The notes beneath the pieces were generated by a model. That model was given only the letters and a program-made list of their open reading frames with translations. It was not told the DNA's origin and did not search any database. Below are positions 12,204 through 23,544 of a stretch of DNA of 64,000 bases, in pieces (positions within the stretch are counted from its first letter, which is position 1; each line of letters starts with the position of its first letter). The stretch is from the NCBI GenBank assembly GCA_002269645.1, contig NIVC01002911.1, positions 1-64,000 of the forward strand, given 5' to 3'. The DNA is from Macrostomum lignano. Its lineage: Eukaryota. The position numbers were made by a program, and so were the translations under genes.

Positions 12204-13517
12204 ATGCTACAAGGCCAGTGCTCGGGTGCTAACGAGAGCCTCTACTTTACTCAAACTCAGTCGCCTGTGAAGGACGCCCTGACTCTGATTGCGTCCTCAT
12301 CTGGTCTGCTACTGAACATCCTGTCCCTCTCCGTGTTCCTTCGGGTGCTGCGGAAGCCGAACAATCGAAATAGTTTCCACATTTTTCTGGTGTTCCTATC
12401 CGCCTGCGAGGTGGCCTTCTGCCTGTCCAGCGGAGTCACCTACGCCAACATACTCAACTCGCGAACGGTTAGAAACCTGTCTTGGACCGGCCTGGATGGC
12501 GACGAGATGGCGACGACGTATTTTCGATTTTCAATCTACCTGCCAACAGAGAGTAGGACGCTGGTGACTCTGTACTATCGTATGGTAGTGCTGTCTGCCT
12601 ACCTGTCCATTGTGTCTCAGTTTATTAGGAATGCCTGGGTTGCTATGACGGCCCTGCTGCGCTGGTATGTGGCCACCAGGCGTACCAACGTGAATGTCAG
12701 CCAGCTCTACAGCACACGCCGAGTGAGTCTCCTATTCGTAGCTTTGCTATCAGTCGTGATCACGCTCAGCCTCATTCGCAGCTGCATCAACCACGCTGGC
12801 AATATTTTCAATTGGGAATTTCACGTGTGCAACATTAGCGACTGGAATAATCCCGGCACTTTGATTGTTCACGTGACTAAGGATCAGGAAGCTAATAGGC
12901 GAACGGTGAACATGGTTTGGACAACGCTGAGCCAGATCATACCTTGGAGCTGCATTGTCACCTCGTCCATTCTGCTAGTCTATTCGCTTCGCAGCAACAG
13001 TCTGATTGACAGCTCAGAGAGAAACAAGCGCATAACTAGAATGGTGTTCATCTTCTCGTTGGCTTTTACTTTGCTAGAGTCGCCAAGAGCGTTCGTGTTT
13101 TTGTTTAACAAGCTGTTGAAATCGGTATCCCCGGCTCGTCTTCTGGACATCTATCAGGTGACGCTGATCCTCTCCCTAGCCGACTCAACCGTCAATGTGT
13201 TTATCTACTTTTTCAACGATCAGCACTTTAAGAAGGCTCTGTGCGGCTGCAACAATTGCAATTTATTCGAATGCCGATGCAAAAAGTCCAACGACGCCGG
13301 CAACAATATGAATAATAGGAACAAGCGATCGGACACCGGAGGTGATCATTGTAAGCCAAAGAGTTCGCCAACCCAGACAACCGGTGCCAGCAACCGGAAC
13401 GGGCCGGAACCCGTGGGCAATGACAGAGACGAAGCCGCCCAGCCGTTGGCTATCGGAGAAGTCGAGCGCTCCTCCAACGATGCGGTTGGCGCGTTCCAAA
13501 CCGAGACTACCGTTTGA
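12204..13517 (+). CDS. Single-exon class A (rhodopsin-like) GPCR, peptide-receptor/Srw-like
   Basis: Open 437-aa frame from ATG 12204 with seven hydrophobic segments. TM1 GLLLNILSL, TM2 LSACEV, TM3-end ALLRWYV, TM5 IIPW, TM6 LLESPR, TM7 DSTVNVFIY, and a Cys-rich then polar C-tail. Confidence 0.88.
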   Translation: MLQGQCSGANESLYFTQTQSPVKDALTLIASSSGLLLNILSLSVFLRVLRKPNNRNSFHIFLVFLSACEVAFCLSSGVTYANILNSRTVRNLSWTGLDGDEMATTYFRFSIYLPTESRTLVTLYYRMVVLSAYLSIVSQFIRNAWVAMTALLRWYVATRRTNVNVSQLYSTRRVSLLFVALLSVVITLSLIRSCINHAGNIFNWEFHVCNISDWNNPGTLIVHVTKDQEANRRTVNMVWTTLSQIIPWSCIVTSSILLVYSLRSNSLIDSSERNKRITRMVFIFSLAFTLLESPRAFVFLFNKLLKSVSPARLLDIYQVTLILSLADSTVNVFIYFFNDQHFKKALCGCNNCNLFECRCKKSNDAGNNMNNRNKRSDTGGDHCKPKSSPTQTTGASNRNGPEPVGNDRDEAAQPLAIGEVERSSNDAVGAFQTETTV

Positions 13518-13694
13518 GAGATTAAAATGGCGCTTGAGAAGCATGCAGACTCTATAGGCGCAATGAAGGCAAATGACAATAACTGACTTGAATACTTTTT
13601 GTTGGAGGATTCAAAATGTTGGCAATAAGCTCTTTTGCACTGCTTTTTCAGACATACTCGGCAATGTCTATCTGTGACATCCTCTATCTAATAT

Positions 13695-14330
13695 GACAAC
13701 CCATTCTCTGATCTGACATCCGGTATCTCATCTGACACCCGATTCTCTGATCTGACATCTGCTATCTCATCTGACACACGATTCTCTGACCTGACATCCG
13801 GTATGTCATCTGACACCCGATTCTCTGATCTGACATCTGCTATCTCATCTGACACACGATTCTCTGACCTGACATCCGGTATGTCATCTGACACCCGATT
13901 CTCTGATCTGACATCTGCTATCTCATCTGACACCCGATTCTCTGATCTGACATCTGCTATCTCATCTGACACACGATTCTCTGACCTGACATCTGCTATC
14001 TCATCTGACACCCGATTCTCTGATCTGACATCTGCTATCTCATCTGACACCCGATTCTCTGATCTGACATCTGCTATCTCATCTGACACCCGATGCTCTG
14101 ATCTGACATCCGCTATCTCATCTGACACCCGATTCTCTGATCTGACATCTGCTATCTCATCTGACACACGATTCTCTGACCTGACATCTGCTATCTCATC
14201 TGACACACGATTCTCTGATCTGACATCTGCTATCTCATCTGACACACGATTCTCTGACCTGACATCCGGTATGTCATCTGACACCCGATTCTCTAATCTG
14301 ACATCCGCTATCCATTCTGACGACCGATTC
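13695..14330. repeat. Minisatellite, 39-bp unit, ~16 copies
   Basis: Unit TATCTCATCTGACACCCGATTCTCTGATCTGACATCTGC. Confidence 0.95.
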
Positions 14331-14984
14331 TCTACGCTCGTAAATCTGATACTCGATTATCTACTCTGACACCCCACTATATAATCTGCTATCGGACTAT
14401 CTAACAAAACAGCGCTGGTGTAATCACTCTTGCTACATGTAATCTAGAGAATTCGAACCAACTGTGACACCCGTTCCCATGTATGGACCCTTTATTATAT
14501 GCATCGATTCTCTCTGTAGAATATCCGCATATTCAAGCTAATGACTTTAGCGGCCACTAGTAGTTGCTATGTTTTAATTGTATCTATAGCTTAAACAATT
14601 TATTTAACTATTTAACTATATATTCTCATATAGTTAAAAAAAGACAAAATATTGTAATAAATTAATACTGTAATTAATACTATAATAACTGAACCGTAAA
14701 CTATTATGATTAGTATAATGTAGTAATAATTGAAGAGAATGCTTTTTGTTATAACGATTTTGTTTAAACGCTTACGCGCAGTCACCACTAATATGTGCAA
14801 GAAAAACAATTTGAAGGTCTATCGAATTTTCTAAAAATATAACGCTTTCGTGTAAAATTCGTGCTTAAATAAATATTAACCACCTAGGAACTGATGTCTA
14901 TATACGAGATATTTACATGCACGTGAACTTTTTCGATACTTAACTGTCTTTGACAAGCGCAAGTTGCCCTTCGACTTTTGCCAG

Positions 14985-15342
14985 TGAGATTTGACTGTCT
15001 GCAGTGACATTTGGTTGCCTGCAGTGATATTTGGTTGCCTGTTTAGTGACATTGGGTTGCCTGCAGTAACATTTGACTGCCTGCTGACATTTGGCTGCCT
15101 GCAGTGACATTTGACTGCCTGCAGTGACATTTGACTGCCTGCAGTGACATTTGGTTGCCTGCAGTGACATTTGGTTGCCTGCAGTGACATTTGGTTGCCT
15201 GCAGTGACATTTGGTTGCCTGCAGTGACATTTGGTTGCCTGCAGTGACATTTGGTTGCCTGCAGTGACATTTGGTTACCTGCAGTGACATTTGGTTGCCT
15301 GCAGTGACATTTGGTTGCCTGCAGTGACATTTGACTGTCTGG
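14985..15342. repeat. Minisatellite, 20-bp unit, ~17 copies
   Basis: Unit GCAGTGACATTTGGTTGCCT. Confidence 0.95.
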
Positions 15343-17077
15343 CAATCAAAGTTGAGAAAAAGAGACTACAGCAATATTTCAGTAAGAAAGTATACGGGTC
15401 CTAGTAACGACTTTTGATGCCATCGGTAAACGAAGCTTCGAATGATTTTTTATATTTTTTTTAGTCAACTAACTACAATTGGGTCTGACCTACCTGTCAG
15501 GTCTTCGAGGCATTACGAGCTATGAAGACTTATAAAGCATTCTCTTTGATATTTATCATTTTCTGTTCTTAATCTGGTAGGGCTACAGTGGTTCGCATGA
15601 CATAAGAAGACACCAGTATGCTTGAGCATGCTGAGCAAAATGAGCATTCATCCTGATTTCCTGAGCGTGGCTATCAATGTGCGCTTAACAAGGGCCCATT
15701 TCATAAATTTCATAAAGCACTTGTCGGACAGATTACAGGTGACAATTCTGCAAAATGATGCGTTTCATTAAAGAGAAGAAAAGGGAGAGAAGAGACACAA
15801 ACCTTGAGCGGGCCGGATAAAGAGGCTTCGCGGGCCGGAGTACACATGTACCTCCAGATTTTTATCGACTACAAAGCCGTCTTAATGACAGCAAAAATCC
15901 TTCACTTCCTTTAAAAGTAACCTAAACTAATGGGCTTAAATATATATTTTAAACATAGCTACGTAGCTTTATGCCGATCAAAATATTAGAAATCAATAGC
16001 TGACTGAACTCAGGCACAAGCATACTAGAGTTTCCGCAGTTTGTGTTTAACCACGACTGCTCAGCGCTAATTGCAATCATAAATACGAGTGCGGTTCTGA
16101 GAATAGTGTTCGTTAAATTCAAAGTTTGCACTAGAAGAGACATTATAGTAATTGCTGGAGAGAATTATTGAACACGCCAAAGAAAAAGAGAGCTTAAAGG
16201 AGAAGGGACAGAGGAAAGAAATAGTGATCCAGTTCCGACTACGGTACACTTCAGGTGAAAGTGAAAGAGAGCTTCAATGAGTTGTTCGCAATTTCTTTAC
16301 TACTTAGCTCTTTCCCTAAGTTCCCTATACATGTATATTCCCAAATCATGCGTACCCCTCTACCTGTACCGAACTACGAGTACATTACGTTGTTGTTCGG
16401 CTGCCCAACTGATTAAAATATTTTTTTAACAGTAGAACATTCAAGACCTAAGAGCTTGCATTTCTCCCTGTCAAATATGTCGGTTGCAAGATCTAATTGT
16501 GCCATGCAATGCAGACTCGTAATAAGCTTTAGTTCTGCAATTAGGCTAAACTATAAGCTGTCAAAATTGACAGGTTGTCTGTCTACGTATATTCTAACGC
16601 TGCAGAATATTTAGCTAATTAGGTTAAGGGAAATGGATTTAGCAGATGGACCTAATAATGGGTAAAACAATGAGGACTAAAAAGCTAGAAGCTAGAAGTA
16701 GAACCCGTACGAGTACATGCTCTGTGTACCTCAAAGCAACAAAGCCAAGAGCAAGCTAGCATTAAAACGAAAATATATTCAATATAGCTTCTGCTTTGCT
16801 TTGATTTCATTCCGCCAAACAATTCTCTTATAAGGACAATGCAGAAATATTTATAACTCATATACGAGTACAAAGGGCTTTGAGTTTCCAACAAATACAA
16901 AAGATTGAATTTCACTATGAGCTTCACTCTAAAGTGGAAGACTGGAAGTCCATTTTTTGTGAATGTCCAAAAATACACGTAGAGGCTTAGAGATAGCGAG
17001 CAACTAGCTCCTATAGACTCTTTGTTAGACTGTTTGTTGAAAACTTTTTAAACTTTGAAAAGTTACTTACCCACTCC

Positions 17078-17466
17078 CACTTCCTCTTCTTCTCCTTCTT
17101 CTTCTCCTCCTCCTTCTTCTTCTCCTCCTTCTCCTCCTCCTCCTCCTTCTTCTTCTTCTCCTTCTCCTCCTCCTCCTCCTTCTTCTTCTCCTCCTTCTCC
17201 TCCTCCTCCTCCTTCTTCTTCTCCTCCTTCTCCTCCTCCTCCTCCTTCTTCTTCTTCTCCTTCTCCTCCTCCTCCTCCTTCTTCTTCTCCTCCTTCTCCT
17301 CCTCCTCCTCCTTCTTCTTCTCCTCCTTCTCCTCCTCCTCCTCCTTCTTCTTCTCCTCCTTCTCCTCCTCCTCCTCCTTCTTCTTCTTCTCCTTCTCCTC
17401 CTCCTCCTCCTTCTTCTTTTTCTCCTTCTCCTCCTCCTTCTTCTCCTCCTCTCTCTCTCTCTCTCT
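17078..17466. repeat. Compound (TCC/TCT)n microsatellite flanking the 3' end of the outer LINE
   Basis: Pure C/T triplet tract ending in (CT)n. A shorter tract of the same type (25397-25457) flanks the other end of the element. Confidence 0.95.
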
Positions 17467-20195
17467 TCACTCCGACCTACGGCCGCCCGCGGGTGGCCGG
17501 GCCGGGGCCGCTCTGCCACCTGGATCGTCGATAGGTGGTTCCTGGCGGCTCACCCTGCGCAGATAATCACAGAGGAGGCTGCCCTCGCCCCCCAGCACGG
17601 TATTCCAGTCGACGCTGATGCCACCCCAGGTGCGGATGCGGGCCTGGTGGTAGCCTGAACAGGTAAGAAGCAGATGCTCGACCGAGTCCGGCTCTCCACA
17701 AGTGATGCACCGGTCGTCAGTAGTCAGGCCGAAACGGTAGAGCGTATCGCGCGTGAGCGGAGACTTGCGCGTCCTTAGCTGGCAGAGAGTGACCTGTCCC
17801 CATCTCGGGAGGTCGTCGTGGCCAGGCGTCGGGCTCGGATGCGGGTGCATGTTATCTCGCATTCTCCGCCAACCTCGGAGGACGTGGTGGATGGCGGTCC
17901 TAGCGGCGATAGGGGCGACGGTGTTCGGTTGTTGCTGGGCTTCGGTAGCTCTTCCGGCCAGCTCATCAGCCGCTTCGTTCCCGGGGATGTTAGCGTGTCC
18001 CGGGACCCATTGGAGATGGACTCTGCAGCCACTCGGTAGGGCAGCAATGTTGGCCCAGACACGCCGGGTGACGTCATCCGCCGCGACGGTCGGGCCACGC
18101 AGAATCGTTTGGAGGCCGGCCCGGGAGTCCGTGCACAGCCTGACAGTGATGGCCGGATTGCCGCCAGCACGGAGGGACTCGGCCAGGCGGGCCAGGGCCG
18201 CCTCGATCGCAACGAGTTCCGCACTAGTGCTACTTTGCCAGCGGCCAGCCGGCACGCAGATATCTTCATATATATTCAGGAGGTCCGAGGTAATAATAGC
18301 TCCTCCTCCAGACGCGGTGCCGTCCGGTCGGGTGGATCCATCTGTCCAGATGATCACGTCAGCCGGATGGAGGAGGCCCAGCGTCCTCTCAGCAGCCGCA
18401 CGGCGGAAGTCCGGGGGGTCTGTACGGCGCGTGGCGGCGACCAGGTCGACCGCAATGGTCACCTGCTTATCCAGCCAGTGCCAAGGCGGGAGCGCAGGCT
18501 CGACAGGGCGCCTGAGGTCCTCCAGGTGGAACCCAGAGAGGTTGCATAGCCACTGTCTGACACGGCGGAAACAAGGTTTGGCGCTCAAAATGATGTCTTC
18601 GTCCCATTTCAGAATATCAACAGGTAGCCCGGGACCGACCTCGCGCTTCCAGGCTTCATGGGCCCTGCTGCGAAGGCGTGGCGGTGGCGCGGTCGACAGC
18701 AGCTGGCGCGCTGGGTCATCGTTGGGCAGGCTCATAATACGGATAAACTCATTTCCGAGGAGCTGTTTGGCGCGGAGGTGCAGTGCCGGCAGGTCCGCTT
18801 CGGCGAGCAGGGAGCGGCAGTTCGTGACACCAAGGCATCCGGTGATGATGCGCGCGCACTTGTGTTGTTCAGCTTCCAGCTTGTCCCTAAGGGTGGGCGC
18901 GGCATGGTTGAAGTAGATGGAGGCTCCGTAGTCGAACACCGACCTGATGTAGGCCGTGTAGGCGGTGCGCAGCGTAGTCCGGTGCGCGCCATAGACCTTG
19001 CCAGCGAGAGTTTGCAGGCAGCGCCGCCTAGAAGCCATCTTTTGGCGTACCGCTTCAACATGGTTAGCAAAGGTCAATTGATCGTCCAGGCGGAGGCCGA
19101 GGAACGTGGGTGCTGGATCGTACTTCAGCTCCTGGCCCTCAATGTGCAAAGTTGGGAGGACCTTTCCGCCGCATTCACTAGGATTAAGCGTGAAGGTGGT
19201 GAAAACGCATTTAGAGTGACTCATCGTCACCTTCCATTTGTTAGCCCACGCGACGACACGGTCCAATGCGGGTTGGATCTTCTCGGCGCAGGCATGTATA
19301 GATCGGCCCGTCGCCAGCAGCGCCGTGTCATCGGCGAAGAGTGACCGGTGGACACTCTCGTCGATGTCTTGGTCGATGTCATGGACATAGATAAGCCAGA
19401 GTAGCGGCGCTATGACCGACCCCTGGGGCAGACTATCGGAAAAGACTCTCCAGTTGGAGGTCGCGTCTCCCCAGCGCACGCGAGCGCGACGATCGGATAG
19501 GAGGTTTTTGATGAAATGGATGACATGCTTGGGGACGCCAAGCCGAGCCATTTTTGCGTAGAGGGCCGGGCGCCACACTCGGTCGTAGGCCTTGGCAAAG
19601 TCCAGCAGGATAAGAATGGCGCGCTCCGGCTTTTTCTGTTCGAAAGCATCGAAAATCGCTTGGGTAATCCGCGTCAGTTGGTCCATGGTGGAGTGTCCTT
19701 TACGGAAACCTGCCTGATTGCGGTTAAGCAGGCTACGGGACTCCAGCCAAAAATACAGTCGGTTTGAAACCATACGCTCCATCAATTTCCCGACGCAGCT
19801 AAGCAGAGAGATGGGCCTGTAGGAGCTGGTAGTGCTCGCATCCTTCTCTTTTTTGAGAATAGCAATAATCTCAGCCCGTCGCCACGCGGCAGGGACCTCG
19901 CCGGTGGCCCAACTGCGGTTGAAGAGTTCGAGGAGGGTACCTCGGCCTTGATCGCTCAGCTGTTTCAGCAGTTCGTTGTTGATGCCGTCGACCCCGGGCG
20001 ATTTTCCGTTTTTGATCTGACGGATTGCCAAGTTGAGTTCAGTAGTGGTGAAGGGTGCACAGATGTCCGATCTGAGGCCCCCGCAGGAGCAATCGCGGGT
20101 GTTAGTCGCGACATGGGCTTCAGTGATGATTTGTCTGTCGACCTCCTTATTCTTTTTGAGCCTAGAGACAGTCGCGTAATCGGCGCAGAAAAGCT
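17467..20195 (-). CDS. Outer LINE ORF, 3' half: RT + RNase H + C-terminal Cys/His motif
   Basis: Open frame within ORF 17467-20238. Its first residues (MPWALARARPKKKKK) come from the inner element's 3' UTR and tail. Confidence 0.88.
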
Positions 20196-23100
20196 TCTTC
20201 TTCTTCTTCGGGCGTGCTCGAGCCAGGGCCCATGGCACCGGGCGTCAGATGGCGCCCGCCTTCCCGAGGAAGTTCAACACCGCGACGCAGTTCTCGAAAA
20301 CTGCCGCGGGCTCCGGGCTTGGCCCCCAGAGGCGGCAGCGGTGTGATGTCAGGGCGGGGCAGGAGATCAGCAGATGGGCCGCCGTCTCCTCTCCATCGCC
20401 ACAGAAGCGGCAGGTGGGGGCCACGTCAACGCCGATGGCGGCCTGGAAGCCCCGCAGGGCCGGGCAGCGGTCGGCGCGCAGCTGGCAGATCAGCCGCTCC
20501 TGCCGCCGCGTGAGGTCGCTTGTCGGCTGAGGCGGCAGGCGGCCCACCGTGCAGGCAAGGTGCCAGGCAAGCGAGCTCGTGCTTGCCGCCTCGGTGGCCG
20601 CCGCGTTGTAGATCTGGTGCCAGCGGGCGAGGCAGTAGCGGCGGACGGCAGCCTGCGCGGCAGCTAGCGGTACGGGCGCGGTGCCTTGCGCCAGCGTGGT
20701 GCCTTGCTTGGCGATCTCGTCCACGGCCTCGTTGCCTGGGATTCCCGCGTGGCCAGGCACCCACTGCAGGTGGACCGAGGTTCCCCGGGCCGCGAGGTCG
20801 GCGAGGCTGCCCCAGACGGCGTCGATCATGGTGGCGCCCGTCGACCCGGGGCCGGACGCGAGCGCGCTAAGCGCGCTCAGGGAGTCGGAGCAGATGCGGA
20901 CCGGCGACAGCTCTGCCGGGTCCGGGGCCGCGAGCACCCACCGAAGGGCCTCAGCGATGGCCACTAACTCGGCGTGGAAGCTGGACGTCACATGGCCAGC
21001 AGCGACGCACAGCGTCGTGTTGGGCTCGACCAGGACGCCACTGCCGCCGTCCAGGATGCCGTCCTTCGCCGCTCCGTCGGTCCAGATCACGGTGCTGGCG
21101 GGCGGCAGGGCGGCAAGTGTCTGCTGCGCCGCGGCTCTCCGGGCCTCCGGCAGGTCCCCCCGCGAGGTTGGGGAGGCCAACTGCAGCCCGAGGGTGACAG
21201 AGTCCAGAACAGCCCAGGGAGGTGTCGTCGGGATAGCGTGGACGGGCTCTCGCGGGAAGCCGCTCAGGCCCGCAGCGCTGCATACACTGGCCGCCGTCTC
21301 GCGCCAGCCGCGGGCGCTTTGGAGGCGGCGGCGCGGGCCGACGCTGGCCGCGCAGGCGCGCAGCGGGTTGTCATGCGGCAGCCGGAGGGCGCGCTCGTGG
21401 AGGAGGCCAGCGTGCATCTCCGCGCGGACTGCCATCGGCGGCAATCCAGCCTCGCGCTCCAGCACCTCCGACCTGGTGTTCCGTGGACACCCGGTGATGA
21501 TGCGCGCGCCCAGGCGCTGGGCCCGGTCCAGGTGGTCGATAGCTGTCCTGCAGGCCGTCGGCATCCAGGCGCCGGCAGCGTACTCCAGCACCGGCCGCAC
21601 ATAGGCCGTGTAGAGCTGGCGCACGTCGCTCTGCTTGGCGCCCCAGTTGCTGCCAGACAGCGCCGCCAGAACGCCGCAGCGGGCGCGGGCGCGGCCGGCG
21701 ACGTTGGCGGCGTGCGCCGTGAAGCTGAGCAGCCGGTCCAGGATGACGCCGAGGAAGCGCGGCTGGCGGTCCGTCGAGAGCGGGGCGTCGTTCAGCCGCA
21801 GACGCAGCTCACGGCTGGCCTCTCCGGCGGTGGTGGTGAACAGGGAAGCGGCGCACTTGTTCGGCGCCAGCTCCATCCGCCACTCGTTCGCCCAGTCGGA
21901 GACCGCGTCGATCGCAGCCTGCGCCTTCGTCTCGGCCTCTTCCACGGTCAGGCCTTGCACTGCGATGGCCAGGTCGTCGGCGTAGAGGAACGGCGTGCAG
22001 TCGGACGGCAGGTGGTCAGGCAGGTCGTTGATGTACAGCGCAAAGAGCAGAGGGGCAAGGACACTCCCCTGTGGCAGGCCCTCGCGGAAGAGCCGCCAGC
22101 TGCTCAGCGCGCCGTCCACCCTGACGGCAGCGCGGCGATCGGCCAGGAAGCTGCTGACCCAGCGGACCCCGGCCGCTGGGATGCCGGCGTATTGCAGCTT
22201 GTGCAGCAGGCCCTGCTTCCAGACGGTGTCGTACGCCCGCCGGAAGTCGAACAGGACGACGACCGTCCGCCTGGCGGGGGCCGCCTGGTGGCCGTCGCTG
22301 ATGAGCTGGGTGAGCCGGGCAATCTGGTCCTCGGTGCTGCGCCGCTTGCGGAAGCCGGCTTGGGCGGGGTGCAGCAGGTGCCGGGACTCGGCCCACCAGT
22401 AGAGCCGCGCTTGAACCAGACGCTCGGCCAGCTTGGCCAGAGTGGAGGTAAGGGCAATCGGCCGGTATGAGCCGATCTCGTCGGCCGGCTTGCCCTTCTT
22501 GAGGATCGGCACGATGTGGGCACGGCGCCACGCCGCGGGGACCTCCCCCTGGGTCCAGGACGCGTTGATCAGCTGCAGGACCGCCCGGCGGCCAGCGGCA
22601 CCGAGGTGCTGCAGATGTTCAGCGCAGATCTCATCGGGTCCTGGGGCCTTCCTGGCCGGGAGGGAGTGGAGAGCCCTGTCCAGCTCGCGATGCGAGAACG
22701 GCTTTCCAAAGTCTCTGCTCCCATGGCTGTCGGCGCCGGCTCGCGAAACGCTGCTGCGGAAGTTCTCGCGGCGGAGGTCTCGCGTCCTGCGGTCTTGCGG
22801 GAGGCGGCTGACGGAGGCATACTCACGGGCGTAGGCCTCGGCGATGTCCTTCGACTGGACGAGCGTCTTTTGGCCCACCCGGAGCGCTGCGTCCCGCTGC
22901 AGGTTGCTGTTTCTGCCGTCGAGGGAGCGGACAATTCTCCAGATCTTGGAGTGGTCGCTGTCAGCTGCCACCTCGCCGGCGAAGGTCCTCCAGCTCTCGC
23001 GTTTGGCGTCGGCGATCGTCTTCTTGGCGTCGGCACAGGCTCGATTCCAGGCAGGCCGCACGCTCGGGTCGGCGGCGGCGGCGGCCCACGCGGCGCGGCG

Positions 23101-23544
23101 AGCCTTCACGGCGTCGTCGACCTCTGGCGTCCACCAGGCCTTGGCGGAGGGCCGCGCCCCGCGAGGGACAGACGCCTTGTCGGCTTCCTGGATGGCCGTG
23201 GTCAGCTGCTGGTTGGCCTCGCTGACCGACTCGGGCGGGCAGGCCTCCCAGCCAGCCAGGGCTTCCTCGGTCCGGGCGCGGAAACTGGCCCAGTCCGCCT
23301 TCGCCCAGGACCGCCGGGCGGCGCCCCCGCGCTTGGCCGCGCCTCGGCTGTGGATGGTGATGCAGATCGGCAGGTGGTCCGAGCCGACGTCTCCCCGGAC
23401 CTGCCACTCGGCCCGGTTGGCGAGCGACTTGTGGCACAGGCTGATGTCAGGCGCCGTCTGCCGGGTGTTGGCGCGCCTCTGGAGGACCGAAAGGCCCACG
23501 AAATGCAGGTCAGCAACGGGCCTTTCCCGAGGCCCACACCGCGT
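20196..23544 (-). mobile_element. Inner nested non-LTR retrotransposon (Ingi/I-group-like), 5'-incomplete, (GAA)5 tail
   Basis: 9-bp TSD AGAAAAGCT at 20187-20195 and 23545-23553. On the minus strand, a short 3' UTR is followed by (GAA)5. Visibly more GC-rich than the outer element. Confidence 0.93.
20245..23499 (-). CDS. Inner LINE ORF: C-terminal end of APE + RT + RNase H + Cys/His motif
   Basis: 1084 codons with no stop. Motifs PDISL, GSDHLP, LPQGS, LYADD, IWTDG, HAELVAI, CSDS, WVPGHAGIPGNEAVD, CRFC..HLLISC. Confidence 0.9.
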   Translation of the reverse strand: MGLSVLQRRANTRQTAPDISLCHKSLANRAEWQVRGDVGSDHLPICITIHSRGAAKRGGAARRSWAKADWASFRARTEEALAGWEACPPESVSEANQQLTTAIQEADKASVPRGARPSAKAWWTPEVDDAVKARRAAWAAAAADPSVRPAWNRACADAKKTIADAKRESWRTFAGEVAADSDHSKIWRIVRSLDGRNSNLQRDAALRVGQKTLVQSKDIAEAYAREYASVSRLPQDRRTRDLRRENFRSSVSRAGADSHGSRDFGKPFSHRELDRALHSLPARKAPGPDEICAEHLQHLGAAGRRAVLQLINASWTQGEVPAAWRRAHIVPILKKGKPADEIGSYRPIALTSTLAKLAERLVQARLYWWAESRHLLHPAQAGFRKRRSTEDQIARLTQLISDGHQAAPARRTVVVLFDFRRAYDTVWKQGLLHKLQYAGIPAAGVRWVSSFLADRRAAVRVDGALSSWRLFREGLPQGSVLAPLLFALYINDLPDHLPSDCTPFLYADDLAIAVQGLTVEEAETKAQAAIDAVSDWANEWRMELAPNKCAASLFTTTAGEASRELRLRLNDAPLSTDRQPRFLGVILDRLLSFTAHAANVAGRARARCGVLAALSGSNWGAKQSDVRQLYTAYVRPVLEYAAGAWMPTACRTAIDHLDRAQRLGARIITGCPRNTRSEVLEREAGLPPMAVRAEMHAGLLHERALRLPHDNPLRACAASVGPRRRLQSARGWRETAASVCSAAGLSGFPREPVHAIPTTPPWAVLDSVTLGLQLASPTSRGDLPEARRAAAQQTLAALPPASTVIWTDGAAKDGILDGGSGVLVEPNTTLCVAAGHVTSSFHAELVAIAEALRWVLAAPDPAELSPVRICSDSLSALSALASGPGSTGATMIDAVWGSLADLAARGTSVHLQWVPGHAGIPGNEAVDEIAKQGTTLAQGTAPVPLAAAQAAVRRYCLARWHQIYNAAATEAASTSSLAWHLACTVGRLPPQPTSDLTRRQERLICQLRADRCPALRGFQAAIGVDVAPTCRFCGDGEETAAHLLISCPALTSHRCRLWGPSPEPAAVFENCVAVLNFLGKAGAI

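Noticed and set aside
16130-16300. Possible Penelope-like RT C-terminal remnant (LERIIEHAK...IVIQFRLRYTSG)
   Set aside because: The resemblance is vague, with no catalytic RT or GIY-YIG motif nearby.
17055-17534. Extensin-like Ser/Pro ORF and the antisense poly-Glu/Gly and poly-Arg ORFs
   Set aside because: They are translations of the (TCC/TCT)n microsatellite, with no complex sequence.
23478-23510. Hammerhead-like string CTGGAGGACCGAAAGGCCCACGAAA
   Set aside because: The core deviates from CUGANGA at invariant positions, stems I and III are missing, and it is antisense to the element.
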